NCBI RefSeq assembly: GCF_002105155.1
Contig: NW_019028991.1
Span: forward strand, 620,001 to 684,000
Length of the DNA: 64,000 nucleotides
Direction of reading: 5' to 3'
Source of the DNA: Lobosporangium transversale
Lineage: Eukaryota
A program made the position numbers and the translations under genes. Shown piece by piece: positions 11,150 through 21,608 of this stretch (position 1 is its first letter; every line of letters begins with the position of its first letter). Under the pieces are notes generated by a model that made no database searches, had not been told where the DNA came from, and saw only the letters and a list, made by a program, of their open reading frames with translations.

Positions 11150-13620
11150 AAACGGATAGAGATGAAGAATCCTGTGGAGAACCCAGTGAGAGTCTGATGA
11201 TGAGACCCAAAATCATATTATTATCACCAGGACAGCTGGCATAGGAAATTATCCTTTCTCGTATGCTTTGTCATCTGGATGCTTGCCACTTACGGAAGAC
11301 CTATTAATTATCATCATCCAGGGCGCCAAAACGTTTACCGGGAGCTAGGATGATAGCTCCACTCTAAAGACATAAATGTCCCATGGTGCGCGTGCACGGG
11401 ATGGCAACCTGTGGCCAATGAGATCATATTAGTTGTATGTTCGGCCAATTCAGTGTCAGTATGTGAAGGCGGCGCGTCTTGAATCTCTAGGCGTCCAGGG
11501 ACATGGAATAAAAAAACATCAAGAATTTGACCAAGGCTGCCACGCGCTTGACCGGTAAAATGTGATACAATATTGGATTGTGTCGTCAGTATATTAATAG
11601 TTCTCGGTATATTAATGCTACATGCTGCTGCTGAGGGCATCAATCTCGCCAGAATCATCCCCTCTCACATCAATTCATGCTAGACGGATGAAAGATTAGG
11701 AGGAAAAGGTCCTTGATGTCTGGGATATCCACGCTTGTTTATAATCTCACCAAATGTTCTGTGTCTTGCGTTCATAGGCGGTTAATCGCAGTTTGGTTTT
11801 CGTATACCCCTTGAAGAACGTAAGCAAAAATGCCTTTATGTTTTATATTTGATACTCATCAATTTACCCTTTTTACTTGTCCGAAGGTAGAATGACGCCT
11901 AGCCAATGGATGCTATTGCAAGTGTGTCCACAGGTCCTTGGAGAGGTCCATTGAGGAAACTCGGTTCCATCCAGGACAGATTTATTCCTAGCGCTCTTCA
12001 CAAAAGTAGCAGAATTACTTGGTGGAGTTGGCTTTAATTGCCTTGACAAGCTCCTGTAAGATTGGTTCGACAATCTAATCAGGGTCCTTTCGGAGCGACA
12101 TCAAAGTAACTCTATGTTTTTGGTTGTTTTTAACGAGGCGCAGGATATGGGGAGGGGAGGCTAAATACCAGTTTATTAATAACGACGACACTATGCGACC
12201 AATATTATCAGCATTCTTTCATGGATTGGAGGGCTTATCAGAGGATTTACCACGAATTTGCATAGTTCCTTGCGGGATAGGCTTTTGTATTTATGATCCT
12301 GCTTGGGTTAAGAGAACTGGCAAAGCTTCAAGGAATATCGGGAAGTTCTCGATGACTCGAGGTTCAAGAGTGCAGTATCGTTTCCTAGATGGGATAATCA
12401 AGCAAAAGTCCGGACATACTTCAAGACACTTGTGCGATATTTGGAGAAATAAAGTTACTCAAGCTCTGCATCAAAGCGGAGAGGCCATTTTAATGATCAA
12501 GCAATCGAGATGCTATATGCTTGGTCCTGTGGTCGTCTCCGTCCAATGATCACTATAATAGAGAGCGTCATTGGACATGCCGATGCAGGCCTTTGGAAGC
12601 AAGAAATCGAGGGCCTGGTGTGGTCGCTCACTGATCCGGGATATAAAGAATCTGGTAACCTATGCCATGAGTAATCTAGAATTCTGAAGCGTATTAACAA
12701 AGGGGATGCAGGAATTAAAACCAGTGTCGACATCAGGGAAACCTTCGGTCGAGCCGTAAAGAATGAATAGATTACTATATAGTAAAGACTTGATATTGGA
12801 GTACAATGAGCCTGTTCCGGTCGAGGTTTCGTTTGCTTGAATTGTCGTTAATCAAAGGAAGAAGGAGTTTACAATTATCGTTGAGCCAATATCATTTATA
12901 GCAGCAATTAACTTGTTTGAAGTGGATGACCCTTGATTGGTTAAATTGGTTAATAGTGTGTTGCTAGACGCCCCTACGTCTCGCACAAAGGGCACACATT
13001 TTGAGTATTTCAGTCCCGCTTTGTTTAATTTCAATCTTCCAGAATTATAACAATGAACGAATTCTTAGATACTCACTGTAACAAAGACTCCATACATGAA
13101 TCCAAGTTAATCTCGCTTTTTTTTTTTTGTTTTGTTTCCAAAAGAGAACCCATCTGGACCAGATATCGTCTTTGTATTAGAATCGGAGGGTAAATATTAT
13201 CCTGGTTCCGTACAGTCAAAAATCGGCGATAAGGTCAAGAATTAAGGATGCCCACAATACAACTTGCCATAATTGCATCAAAGAACACCTCTCATCACCG
13301 TCTTCTCTCGGCTTTTGCTCGAATGGCATATCCTTGTTGCTGTTGTTTAGGCCTTACTTATCATGTTGCCTTATCACGAACAGGGTGATTATTCGCTAGC
13401 TAAAGTCAAAGAAGTTCCTGCCATCAAAGACAAACGAATAGAAACGACGTACTCAATATTAGCTTGTTGAACTTCCTTGAAAGTGCAAGGGAGTCCCTCA
13501 AGAAGTCAGAATTGACTCGAGCTGTGGAGGATGAGGGAGAAGGAAGCAAGCCCAAAGAACCACAGGCAAGGAGGACATCAAAGAGAATTGCCGATAAAGC
13601 TCAAGCTATGGAGCATCGCC
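11150..13620 (+). pseudogene. Decayed second Crinkler-like NTPase/nuclease gene (boundaries approximate)
   Basis: Fragments separated by stops and frameshifts: QWMLLQVCP...DLFLALF (~11900-12000), VFNEAQ (Walker-B-like), RPILSAFFHGL, CIVPCGIGF and PSGPDIVFVL...YPGSVQSK (~13150-13220). These resemble recurrent fungal CRN C-terminal motifs. Confidence 0.6.
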
Positions 13621-14090
13621 CTAGCTCATGGGATATGAGTCCAACGTTTTCAAGAAGTTTGGGGCTCCTCTTCCAGTTTATGTTTGCGTAGTCTTCATCA
13701 GTCAGGTCTTCACCGGCTGCCTTTAAAACACGCCGTGTTAAGGAACCCTTGTGAAAGTTTCAATCCCTGGCTGAGATCTTCTTCATCTACGTCAGACTGC
13801 TGCTGTCTCTTCGTCTGGATTGTGCCATAGGCAAGTGGATTCAGAACAAGGCCATTGGTAAAATCGTCCCTTTGAGTTTGAACCGAGTTATACCTTTGTC
13901 TTGTGCCTGTAGGGGTACCTTGTCTCGATAGCCATGAAACATGCGATCTCCTTCAATGTCACAAAGAGAGCCTGTATCTAGACCTCTTTTGTTCCCTGTA
14001 CACATTCAAACACTGCAGCCTTGGGAGGATTGTCGAGAGGATGTCAGTTAGAACGTGTTCAGACAGATACACATACCGAGGGGGGACGTA
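13620..14090 (-). pseudogene. Fanzor1/TnpB-like fragment, inverted paralog of 15194-16635
   Basis: With frameshifts, the minus strand reads GYRDKVPLQAQDKGITRFKLKGTI/FTNGLVLNPLAYGT...NINWKRSPKLLENVGL. This is collinear with GYKDVGLQSDDGPRRKLRTSFFTNGLTLTLLAYDT...EINWKQRSRLLENVEV of the + copy. Confidence 0.75.
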
Positions 14091-15193
14091 AGGAAGTCTG
14101 TTTTTTTTTTTTTTTTTTTTTTTTTTTTCACTCCATTGTTCTCTGGCAAGAAAAGCTCATCGAACAATAAAAAAATAGAGAGCTTTAATAGAGAGCAATC
14201 GACTGCAGAATATGCATGAGGATACTCTACACAAAGTTATATCTTTGTGCTCCTGTGGTGAATACATGGGTAGATTTGACTCGGTCTGTAGGAACTGATT
14301 TGAAACAAGTGGCTACATCCTTGTCAAAGGTAACAACAAAAGAAAAGAAGTCTTCTTTCTTCTTTTTATCAGAGAATGGCCTCATATGATGCTCTTTGCT
14401 CCAACAGCTCCAGCACTTTTGCGTTAAAGCAGAGATATTCGTTGGCTCTCGGGTTCCGGCATCATTGGTGGAGATAGGAGTGATGTAGTTGCATGCGCTT
14501 ATTGCTTGTAGTAAGAACTATCTTAGTACCCTTCCTTACTAGACGACGCCCTGTTAATGGTGATATTGTGCAGCGCCTTGTGGAAGGAGGGAGAGCAGAA
14601 GCGAGATTAATACCGATGCGTTTGATCCTCTCCTAGGAGTATTTTTGATTATGGAGTGATCGCCAAAATAAAGTTTGTTCATTTCTTCTGCTTGTGTTTT
14701 AGCAAAATGTGTTTATGCATGTGCTACTCATGCTCTCTTGCCAAGGACTTGAACAGGCATACCAACCCCTTCTTCCTTGCTCTCATAACCGCTCACATCC
14801 TTTCGATGCATTCTTTCGCCGTTTATGTCCACTACATCTGAACCACACACAGTTCACCACTCACTCCAACAGAGATATTTGTATCACCTTGGGTATGATA
14901 TGTTGCTGTGGTTCCCTCTGGTTTCAACAGGCCCAACAAACTCTATTAGCAGTGTTTATCAACCCAAATACATCAAGGGAACGCAAGAAGACGAGTAGGC
15001 AAATGATGCGACAAATCAAGTCTCGTCGAGCTGTACAGAAAAAGATCAAGTTAGTCAGGCTGTAGAACGAATCAACTCAGATTGCCTCAATCATACGACG
15101 AATATTATCATCACTATATCACATCAATCAATCAATAAACGATACAATGAGGCCCCCCAAGCGGACAATGGAGTCATGCGAAAGTCTTCGTGA

Positions 15194-16635
15194 GTATTAT
15201 GGTCTAACCCAACAGTTCGAGAGGAAATAGTCCAATTGTTGGAACTAAACATGAGTACCAAGGGGGCTGCAGAGGACAAGATCCTTAACCACAAGGGGAT
15301 ATTGTTGCAGGAGCTGTTTTCCTTGAAAGGATACAAGGACGTTGGACTGCAATCTGATGATGGCCCTAGAAGGAAACTACGGACATCGTTCTTTACAAAC
15401 GGCCTTACCCTAACACTTCTTGCCTATGACACATCGAAGCAAAAAAGAGGAAGAGGTTCGCAAGCTGCCCAACCTTCGGATACTCAAAGATCTCAAGCAG
15501 TCCAGGCTTCTTCAAGTGCTCAGCAGGGATCCTCGTCTTCAGGCCATGGTGCAGGCGATGGTGGTGATGATGGAGACGACGACGGAAATGAAGATGACGA
15601 TATCTTGCTGGGTATCAGCGATATTGACTTGCTGGAAGTTGATGAACCATTCTTAGATGGCAATGAGGGAGAAGAAGCAGCTGAAGAAGGTACATCGAGC
15701 ACAAATCCACTGTCCCCGGCGAGTCCCAGTCCCCGGCGTGAGATCAACTGGAAGCAGAGATCCCGTCTCCTCGAGAATGTAGAAGTTAAATATGACACCC
15801 AGGCAGCATGGGACCAGTGACGACAATAAGGAGACTATATATAGGGCGCTTGTCGATTTCTATAATGACGGGTGGTTTGTTCGGAATAGCTGGGATAATA
15901 GAAAAGCACAGAACGGATGGGTTGATTATGTGATCAAGGCAATTCTGAAGCTTGCGGGCGGAAGCAATGGAAGAAGAAGAGATGCCAATACGAATGCGAT
16001 GATCTGTATTGGACTAGGATCATTCAAGACAAACCGAGGACAAGTATCGAAGCATGGGATATTGATGAAGAAGCTTGTTGAAAAGGTAAAAAAAAAATCC
16101 TTTGATCAATGACATTTAATTTTTGAGTCTTTTTTTTAACGAGTATTAAATCTGGCTCGAACAGGCAAAATCTCTAGACTACCCCATTGCAGGTTGTCAT
16201 GAATACTACACATCTGCCAAGTGTCCACGGCCTCACTGCGACAGTATATTGGAGAATGTTCCTTTTCGATCCAAGTACTGTCGAAATTGTAAAGCATACT
16301 TTGATCGAGATGCTGTTGGTGCTGAGAACATCGCAAGGGTCTGTGAGTCGCAGACAAGAGAGCAAAAACGACCTGCAAAGTATATGCCGCCGGACGGAGG
16401 AACTCAAGGCCAAGCTTCTAGCGGTAGTGGCGACGGTGGAGGTAGTGGTGGCAGTGGTGGCAGTGGTGGCAGTGGTGGCAGTGGTGGCAGTGGTGGCAGT
16501 GGTGGTGGTAGTAGCAGACCCACAAAAAGGAAATTTTCAGATGAAGGAGGAGGAGGAGTAGGGGGATCAAGACCACCGAAAGGACCTTTGCTGGGTCCAG
16601 GAGGAGGGGGAGAGACAAGCCGGCAACAACAGTAG
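15194..16635 (+). pseudogene. Fanzor1-like (eukaryotic TnpB) RNA-guided nuclease, RuvC-I apparently deleted, intron at 16086-16164
   Basis: Reads FFTNGLTL, then ICIGLGSF...SKHGILMKKLVEK/intron/AKSLDYPIAGCHEYYTSAKCPRPHC...RSKYCRNCKAYFDRDAVGAENIARV. That is RuvC-II Glu, a four-Cys zinc finger and RuvC-III DRDxxxAxNI. There is a frameshift at ~15815 and an in-frame stop at 15191. Confidence 0.8.
16441..16503 (+). repeat. 9-bp tandem repeat (GGCAGTGGT, ~7 units) encoding a Gly-Gly-Ser linker
   Basis: Directly visible tandem array in the Fanzor-like C-terminal exon. Confidence 0.95.
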
Positions 16636-16872
16636 GACACAATCTACTACAAACATGACTAGGTCCAGAAAGGCCTTCGTCTTAAAAAAATTGTAAGTAT
16701 TGGCTTGATAGTACTTTTTTTTCTTGGTTAATTTATTTATTTATTTATTTCTGTGTTCTAATACATTTCTTCTTTTTACAATAGATGGAATGTCTCGTTT
16801 TTTAATGGGACGGACTATATTTCAATATGATAAAAATTACCATCTTCTATCTGCTATTATCTAGGAATATCT

Positions 16873-19384
16873 TTAAACACGTATCGGAGCAGCTGCGAGA
16901 CCCATGAGATCAAACAAAATTGGGATTCCATCTACAGCCAACGCACCAATACCTGCATATACCACAAGCTTTTGGACAATATCAACATCGAAGCGACTCT
17001 TAGGTGGGTGCATTCTTTCCACTCTCATCAATGCTTCTGCTTCATCCTCAAAACGACTATGTCCGGTTCCGCTCTTCTCTTGCGAATCTTCACCATCACA
17101 CACAGTCGTCGTACTGCTGAGAGCTGAACTATCGCGCTGATGATGATGATTGTTTTCCAAAAGTGTACTCCTCTCTCCGACGCTCATCTCTTGATCCACA
17201 GCACCCTGACCTTTACGCGCCCTTAACCCCGTGGTAATACCATCCTGCTCTTGAGCCTTTGCTTTTGCTGCTGCTGCTTGTGAATATTTCTCATGCACGT
17301 CCATAGCGGACTGTAGTCCCACCATCTCTGCATTTCCAGACATATTTGGAAGATCAATTACAGATGGAACCTTTCCAATTGGATATGTTGAGAGTGTATT
17401 ATAGGTGCTTGCAGGGATGAAATGGGGGCGGTAGGGCAAATTGAAGAGCTTGTAGATTGGAGGTAACACCACGTAGAGCAATTTCTTTGCCATCAATCGC
17501 CAAACAAACAGGATCGTAACTCCCAACACAAGCCTTAATACACTCTTAATGACGCCAAGCTCACTACTATAAGGGATCGTGGCTGGCACAGGGTAGTTGG
17601 ATGAATATGGGGTCGATGCAAAGTGAATGCTAGCGGGGATCAATCCCATGATCACAGCAATAAACGCGACACAATCGTCAAAGCAAGGGCAGTCATCTAC
17701 GGGATCTGGAACGATTGAGACCAAGAGGATACCAGTTCCAATTACCACTGGCGGAACCCACCAGACGGGACTAACCATGTAGTATTCAATGGTGTGGCGG
17801 AACGTCCATTGCACTGCCCAGATTGAGATTCCGATCAATGATCCTCCTACACAATCCGTGATTGAATGCATTCCGCAGTAGAGACGGCCATAAACGATTG
17901 ATACAGCATAGATGATCAGACCTAGAATTGCGAGTTCACGGGTGTAGGGACTCCATGATGCAGGATCTGTAGTAAGAAGATGGCAATAGAGGAAGAGAGC
18001 AACCGAAACAGCGTTGGTGGAATGTGAACTTGGGAAGCCATATTCTAGACAGGTCGATTTTGAGCGGGAGAGGCGAACGATTGGAGGTGATAGTGGGCGA
18101 GGCAAACAGAGGTAGTCCTAAATAGCCAGATGAATCAACAGGAATTAATGAAACCGCCTAAATAAAAATATCTCCACGCGCCAAAGCTTGAGAGCATCCT
18201 CTGTCGTGCTCAGAAAGAGAAAGAGGGGATCCAAGGCTCCACACACAGCAAAAATGCGCCGTACACATGGCAATTGAGAGCCCTTGTTTGCGCTGGTCCT
18301 TTGGATAGCAAGAAAATAGATGGAGTTTGCGTGATTGATCAATGCAACTATTGAACTACTTGGATGCTAGACTCCGCCTAGTGTGTCAAACTAGATGTTT
18401 TCCTGTGTCATTTATGTGTCAGACTAGATGTGTTTTCCTGTGTCATTTATGTGTCAACCATTCGTCACCACAGCCTTCAACTCTCCAAGTAAACCAATGT
18501 CCAATGAAGTCTGATTTTATACCAGTTGCGCTTTAAAACAATAAGACCATGTAGTTATGCTGTATTGTACACTGTGATGGTTACAGCCCCCATTTCCTTT
18601 ACTTCCTCTACTTCCTTTACTGTCCTTTATAATCTCCGATCAATTGGAACAAATATATCATTTGGTTTTCAAGAAAAGCATCCTGATCATGTTTGTCGCT
18701 GTCATCGCCATGCTCCCTATTTCTGTTTCTCCATGATGAAAAAAGCTTGTTTGAACGGCATACCTTGAAAAATCCTGCCCAATAAACACCCATCGCAGCA
18801 ATCAATGTGAATCTAATTAAAAGACACGAGAGACATAAACAATAGAAAATAGGTTTTCAGTTAGAAAAAGATAGCTCTCAAGTTTTTTTTGTACCCAATT
18901 GCAATTAATAGTATGACAGGTCGTTTAAAAGAAGATAGAAGAAAAAAAAACTTGTTGAGCAGAAAGGAGTTAACATTACCCGCGAGCAATCTCAGAAAAG
19001 CCAAACCAGAAGAGTACTGGCAAGGCGATCATGAAGAAGGTATGGTTACCAGAGAAGGCTGTCGTTGTGAAATATACATCGAGCACTGGATGTCGTACTT
19101 TAAGCTGATCACAAAAAAAAAAAAGAAAAGAATCAGGTTTTTGCTGCAAAAAAAATCAGATGAGAAAAACATCATTGAGTGCCTCTCTTTTTTACCTGCA
19201 TTGAATGCAGAATAGAAGTTTCTTTGCGAACATAAGGCAAGAGGAAACGACGGAGAGCTGCACGTAGAGGTGTAAGTTGTGAATCGTAGTAAGCATCAGG
19301 AGCGATGCCAGCGGGGATCTCGACGTCGTACTCCTCGTCTAGGTGCGCTGTCTTTTCAGATGCAGATGCAGATGCAGACACCAT
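16873..19384 (-). CDS. LCB3: Sphingoid-base-1-phosphate phosphatase (PAP2 family, LCB3/YSR2/SGPP-like), multi-exon
   Basis: Motifs DYLCLPRPLSPP, EYGFPSSHSTNA, GRLYCGMHSITD, PDPVDDCPCFDD and FDVDIVQKLVVYAGIG. The first exon begins MVSASAS at 19384. Confidence 0.9.
18382..18457. repeat. ~33-35 bp tandem duplication in an LCB3 intron
   Basis: TGTGTCA(A/G)ACTAGATG(TG)TTTTCCTGTGTCATTTA occurs twice, followed by a partial third unit. Confidence 0.85.
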
Positions 19385-19749
19385 GACGAGACGTTTCTCA
19401 GTCAAAGAAATGAGAAGAGAAGGAAGAAAGAAAGAGGGCGAGATGAGTTGCGGTTGAATGTGAGATGAATGAGGGCTGATGAATGAATTTATGAAAAAGT
19501 GAACAGGACAGACAGACAATAAGAAAAGAAAGAAAAGGGGTAAAAAGTAGGCGGGAAGAAAAAGATTTGTGCATGTCATTTTCTGTTGACAATACCATGC
19601 AGGAACTCTCTCTGGTAAATTTTTTTTGCCATTCAAGCAAGTATCAAAGTTGGACGTCAATTAGGCCCACGGAGCATGCCTTTTGTAAGTGAGGTGGTGA
19701 TGATGTTTATTTGAAGTGAAACCATTTCCGCTAGACTAAATGTTTAACA

Positions 19750-21028
19750 TTAACAGTCGTCAATAGGTGGTGAAGCCCATTCCATCTTCTCAAATTCCTG
19801 TAAACGTTTCCTCACTGCATCCTCGATTCTTTGCTGATCATCTTTGCTGTTTTTGCCACCGTTTACATGGTTCATCTCTCGGACTTCTTTCCACCACTGA
19901 ACATTTTGCTCCACCTCGTCCGCATTCGACATCCCCAGGACTAACCCATCATATCCACCATGTTGTCGTCCTTGCTTCTTCATTCCAAATTTAACCGCGA
20001 CCTCTGCTAAATCTTTACCTGGACAGGCCTGTTCAACGATCTGGATACAATCTTGTGCAGCAGCTCGAAGCTTCTTTGGTGCTGGGTGCCAGTCTGGTGC
20101 TGGTGTATTGGAACGAAGTAAGCCCATTGAGACCGGAGAAGCACTCCAAATCGTTTTGATCCCCAATTCCCGGAATTGACCAATGTAGTCCATCAACAAT
20201 GTGTTGTGTAGGTTATAATGGCAATATGTCATCAAGATGTCAAGTGTTTGTCCCATTCGTTCGTGGATCACTGGGATCAATGCCAGTAAATAAGGAAGTG
20301 GATAGCCTGCGCCCAAAAAAAAAAAAAAAAAAAAAAAAGAATTAATGGGATTAATGGGATTAATGGGATAAATCGGGAAGAGCTCAGTTTTTTTTTCCTT
20401 TTCCCAAATAACATTCATCTTTATCAACTTCAACTTACCACTGATGCCAACGCACTTGATTTTACCTTCAGCCTATTTGAGGGGTTTAAAAAAGATATCA
20501 GATCGGACCTGACTTGCTCCAACGTTTTTTGTTTCACAAAAAAAAAAAAAAAAAAAAATTTACCTTCAGTCTGAACAACTCTTCAACTGCTTCAACTGCC
20601 TTGTCCACAGAGACAAACTCAACATCGTGTGCAAACACAATGTCCAGATAATCTGTATGCATTCTCCTCATACTCTCCTCTACCGATGCTCTAACCCTCT
20701 CTTTTGAGTAATCAAATTCGGTCTTCTTTAATCCATATCGTCCCACTTTTGTTGATAGATAATAGGTAGATCGAGGATGAGTGTCTGAGATGCTGAGGAG
20801 AGATTTGCCGAGAACATGTTCAGAGTTCCCATAATAGGGGGAAGTATCAAAGGTGTTGATGCCTCGATCGATGGCTCGTTTACATGCTTCTGCTGGCCAA
20901 TGAGCCTTGATTGGGTTATAGAGCTGCGCAAATGCAGAAGTGCCATAGATAATAGGAGACATCTCTAAATGGTCCTGAGGGACATTAGAAGGTATCATTT
21001 GTTGGTCAGATTGAGTAATGTCTGGCAT
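19750..21028 (-). CDS. Aldo-keto reductase, D-arabinose/L-galactose dehydrogenase (ARA2-like), multi-exon
   Basis: Motifs GINTFDTSPYYGNSE, YYLSTKVGRYG, YLDIVFAHDVEF, GYPL, SASPVSMGLL and DWHPAP. Confidence 0.88.
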
Positions 21029-21608
21029 GATTAGGGTAATATGAAAACAAAGAGTTGGGAATGAATGAATCAATGGAGCTGAGGAATGAAAGAATGAAAG
21101 AATAAAAAAAAAGACTCTAGTTGAACCCCAAAGAAATATGACGAACATGTAGAGTTTAATGAGCCATGCATACACTCCCCCTCCAAACGAAAAAAGAAGT
21201 GTGAGAAGTAAAATGTCAGAACATGAACCATGTGTGCCTTTATTAAACGCTCTCTCTGGTTTTTCAAATTTGGCGGCACAGCGACATTCCAATTCAACGG
21301 CTAAAAATTGAGTCGCAGATCTCACTTCTCTTTATCAAATTACAGGACACAAGAAAACAGCGCAATGCAACGTCATTCAGGCTTCAATACTGTGAAGGTG
21401 TTTTCTAAAAGTTGGTAAAAAAAATTATATAAAGTCCGCCGATTGAATTGAAATGAATAAGAAATATATTTATCGATATGAAAAAAATTACCCGGGCATG
21501 ACTGGCAATTTCCTACAAAAATACTGTCCCTAAGCCATTCGAAAGAACTTAAAAAAAAAAAATTCGCCCAAAACACCTTACCTTACCACCATTCTTCATT
21601 CTACCTTC

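Noticed and set aside
14130..15190. Possible N-terminal exons of the + strand Fanzor
   Set aside because: Splice-like signals exist but frames are interrupted and no motif could be recognised, so it was not annotated.
16441..16503. Possible CRISPR-like array next to a RuvC nuclease
   Set aside because: Head-to-tail 9-bp units with no spacers; a coding microsatellite.
16187..16642. Val/Ala-, Pro/Leu- and His/Cys-repeat ORFs
   Set aside because: Alternative readings of the 9-bp GGS repeat; only the 16165/16249 frame carries the nuclease motifs.
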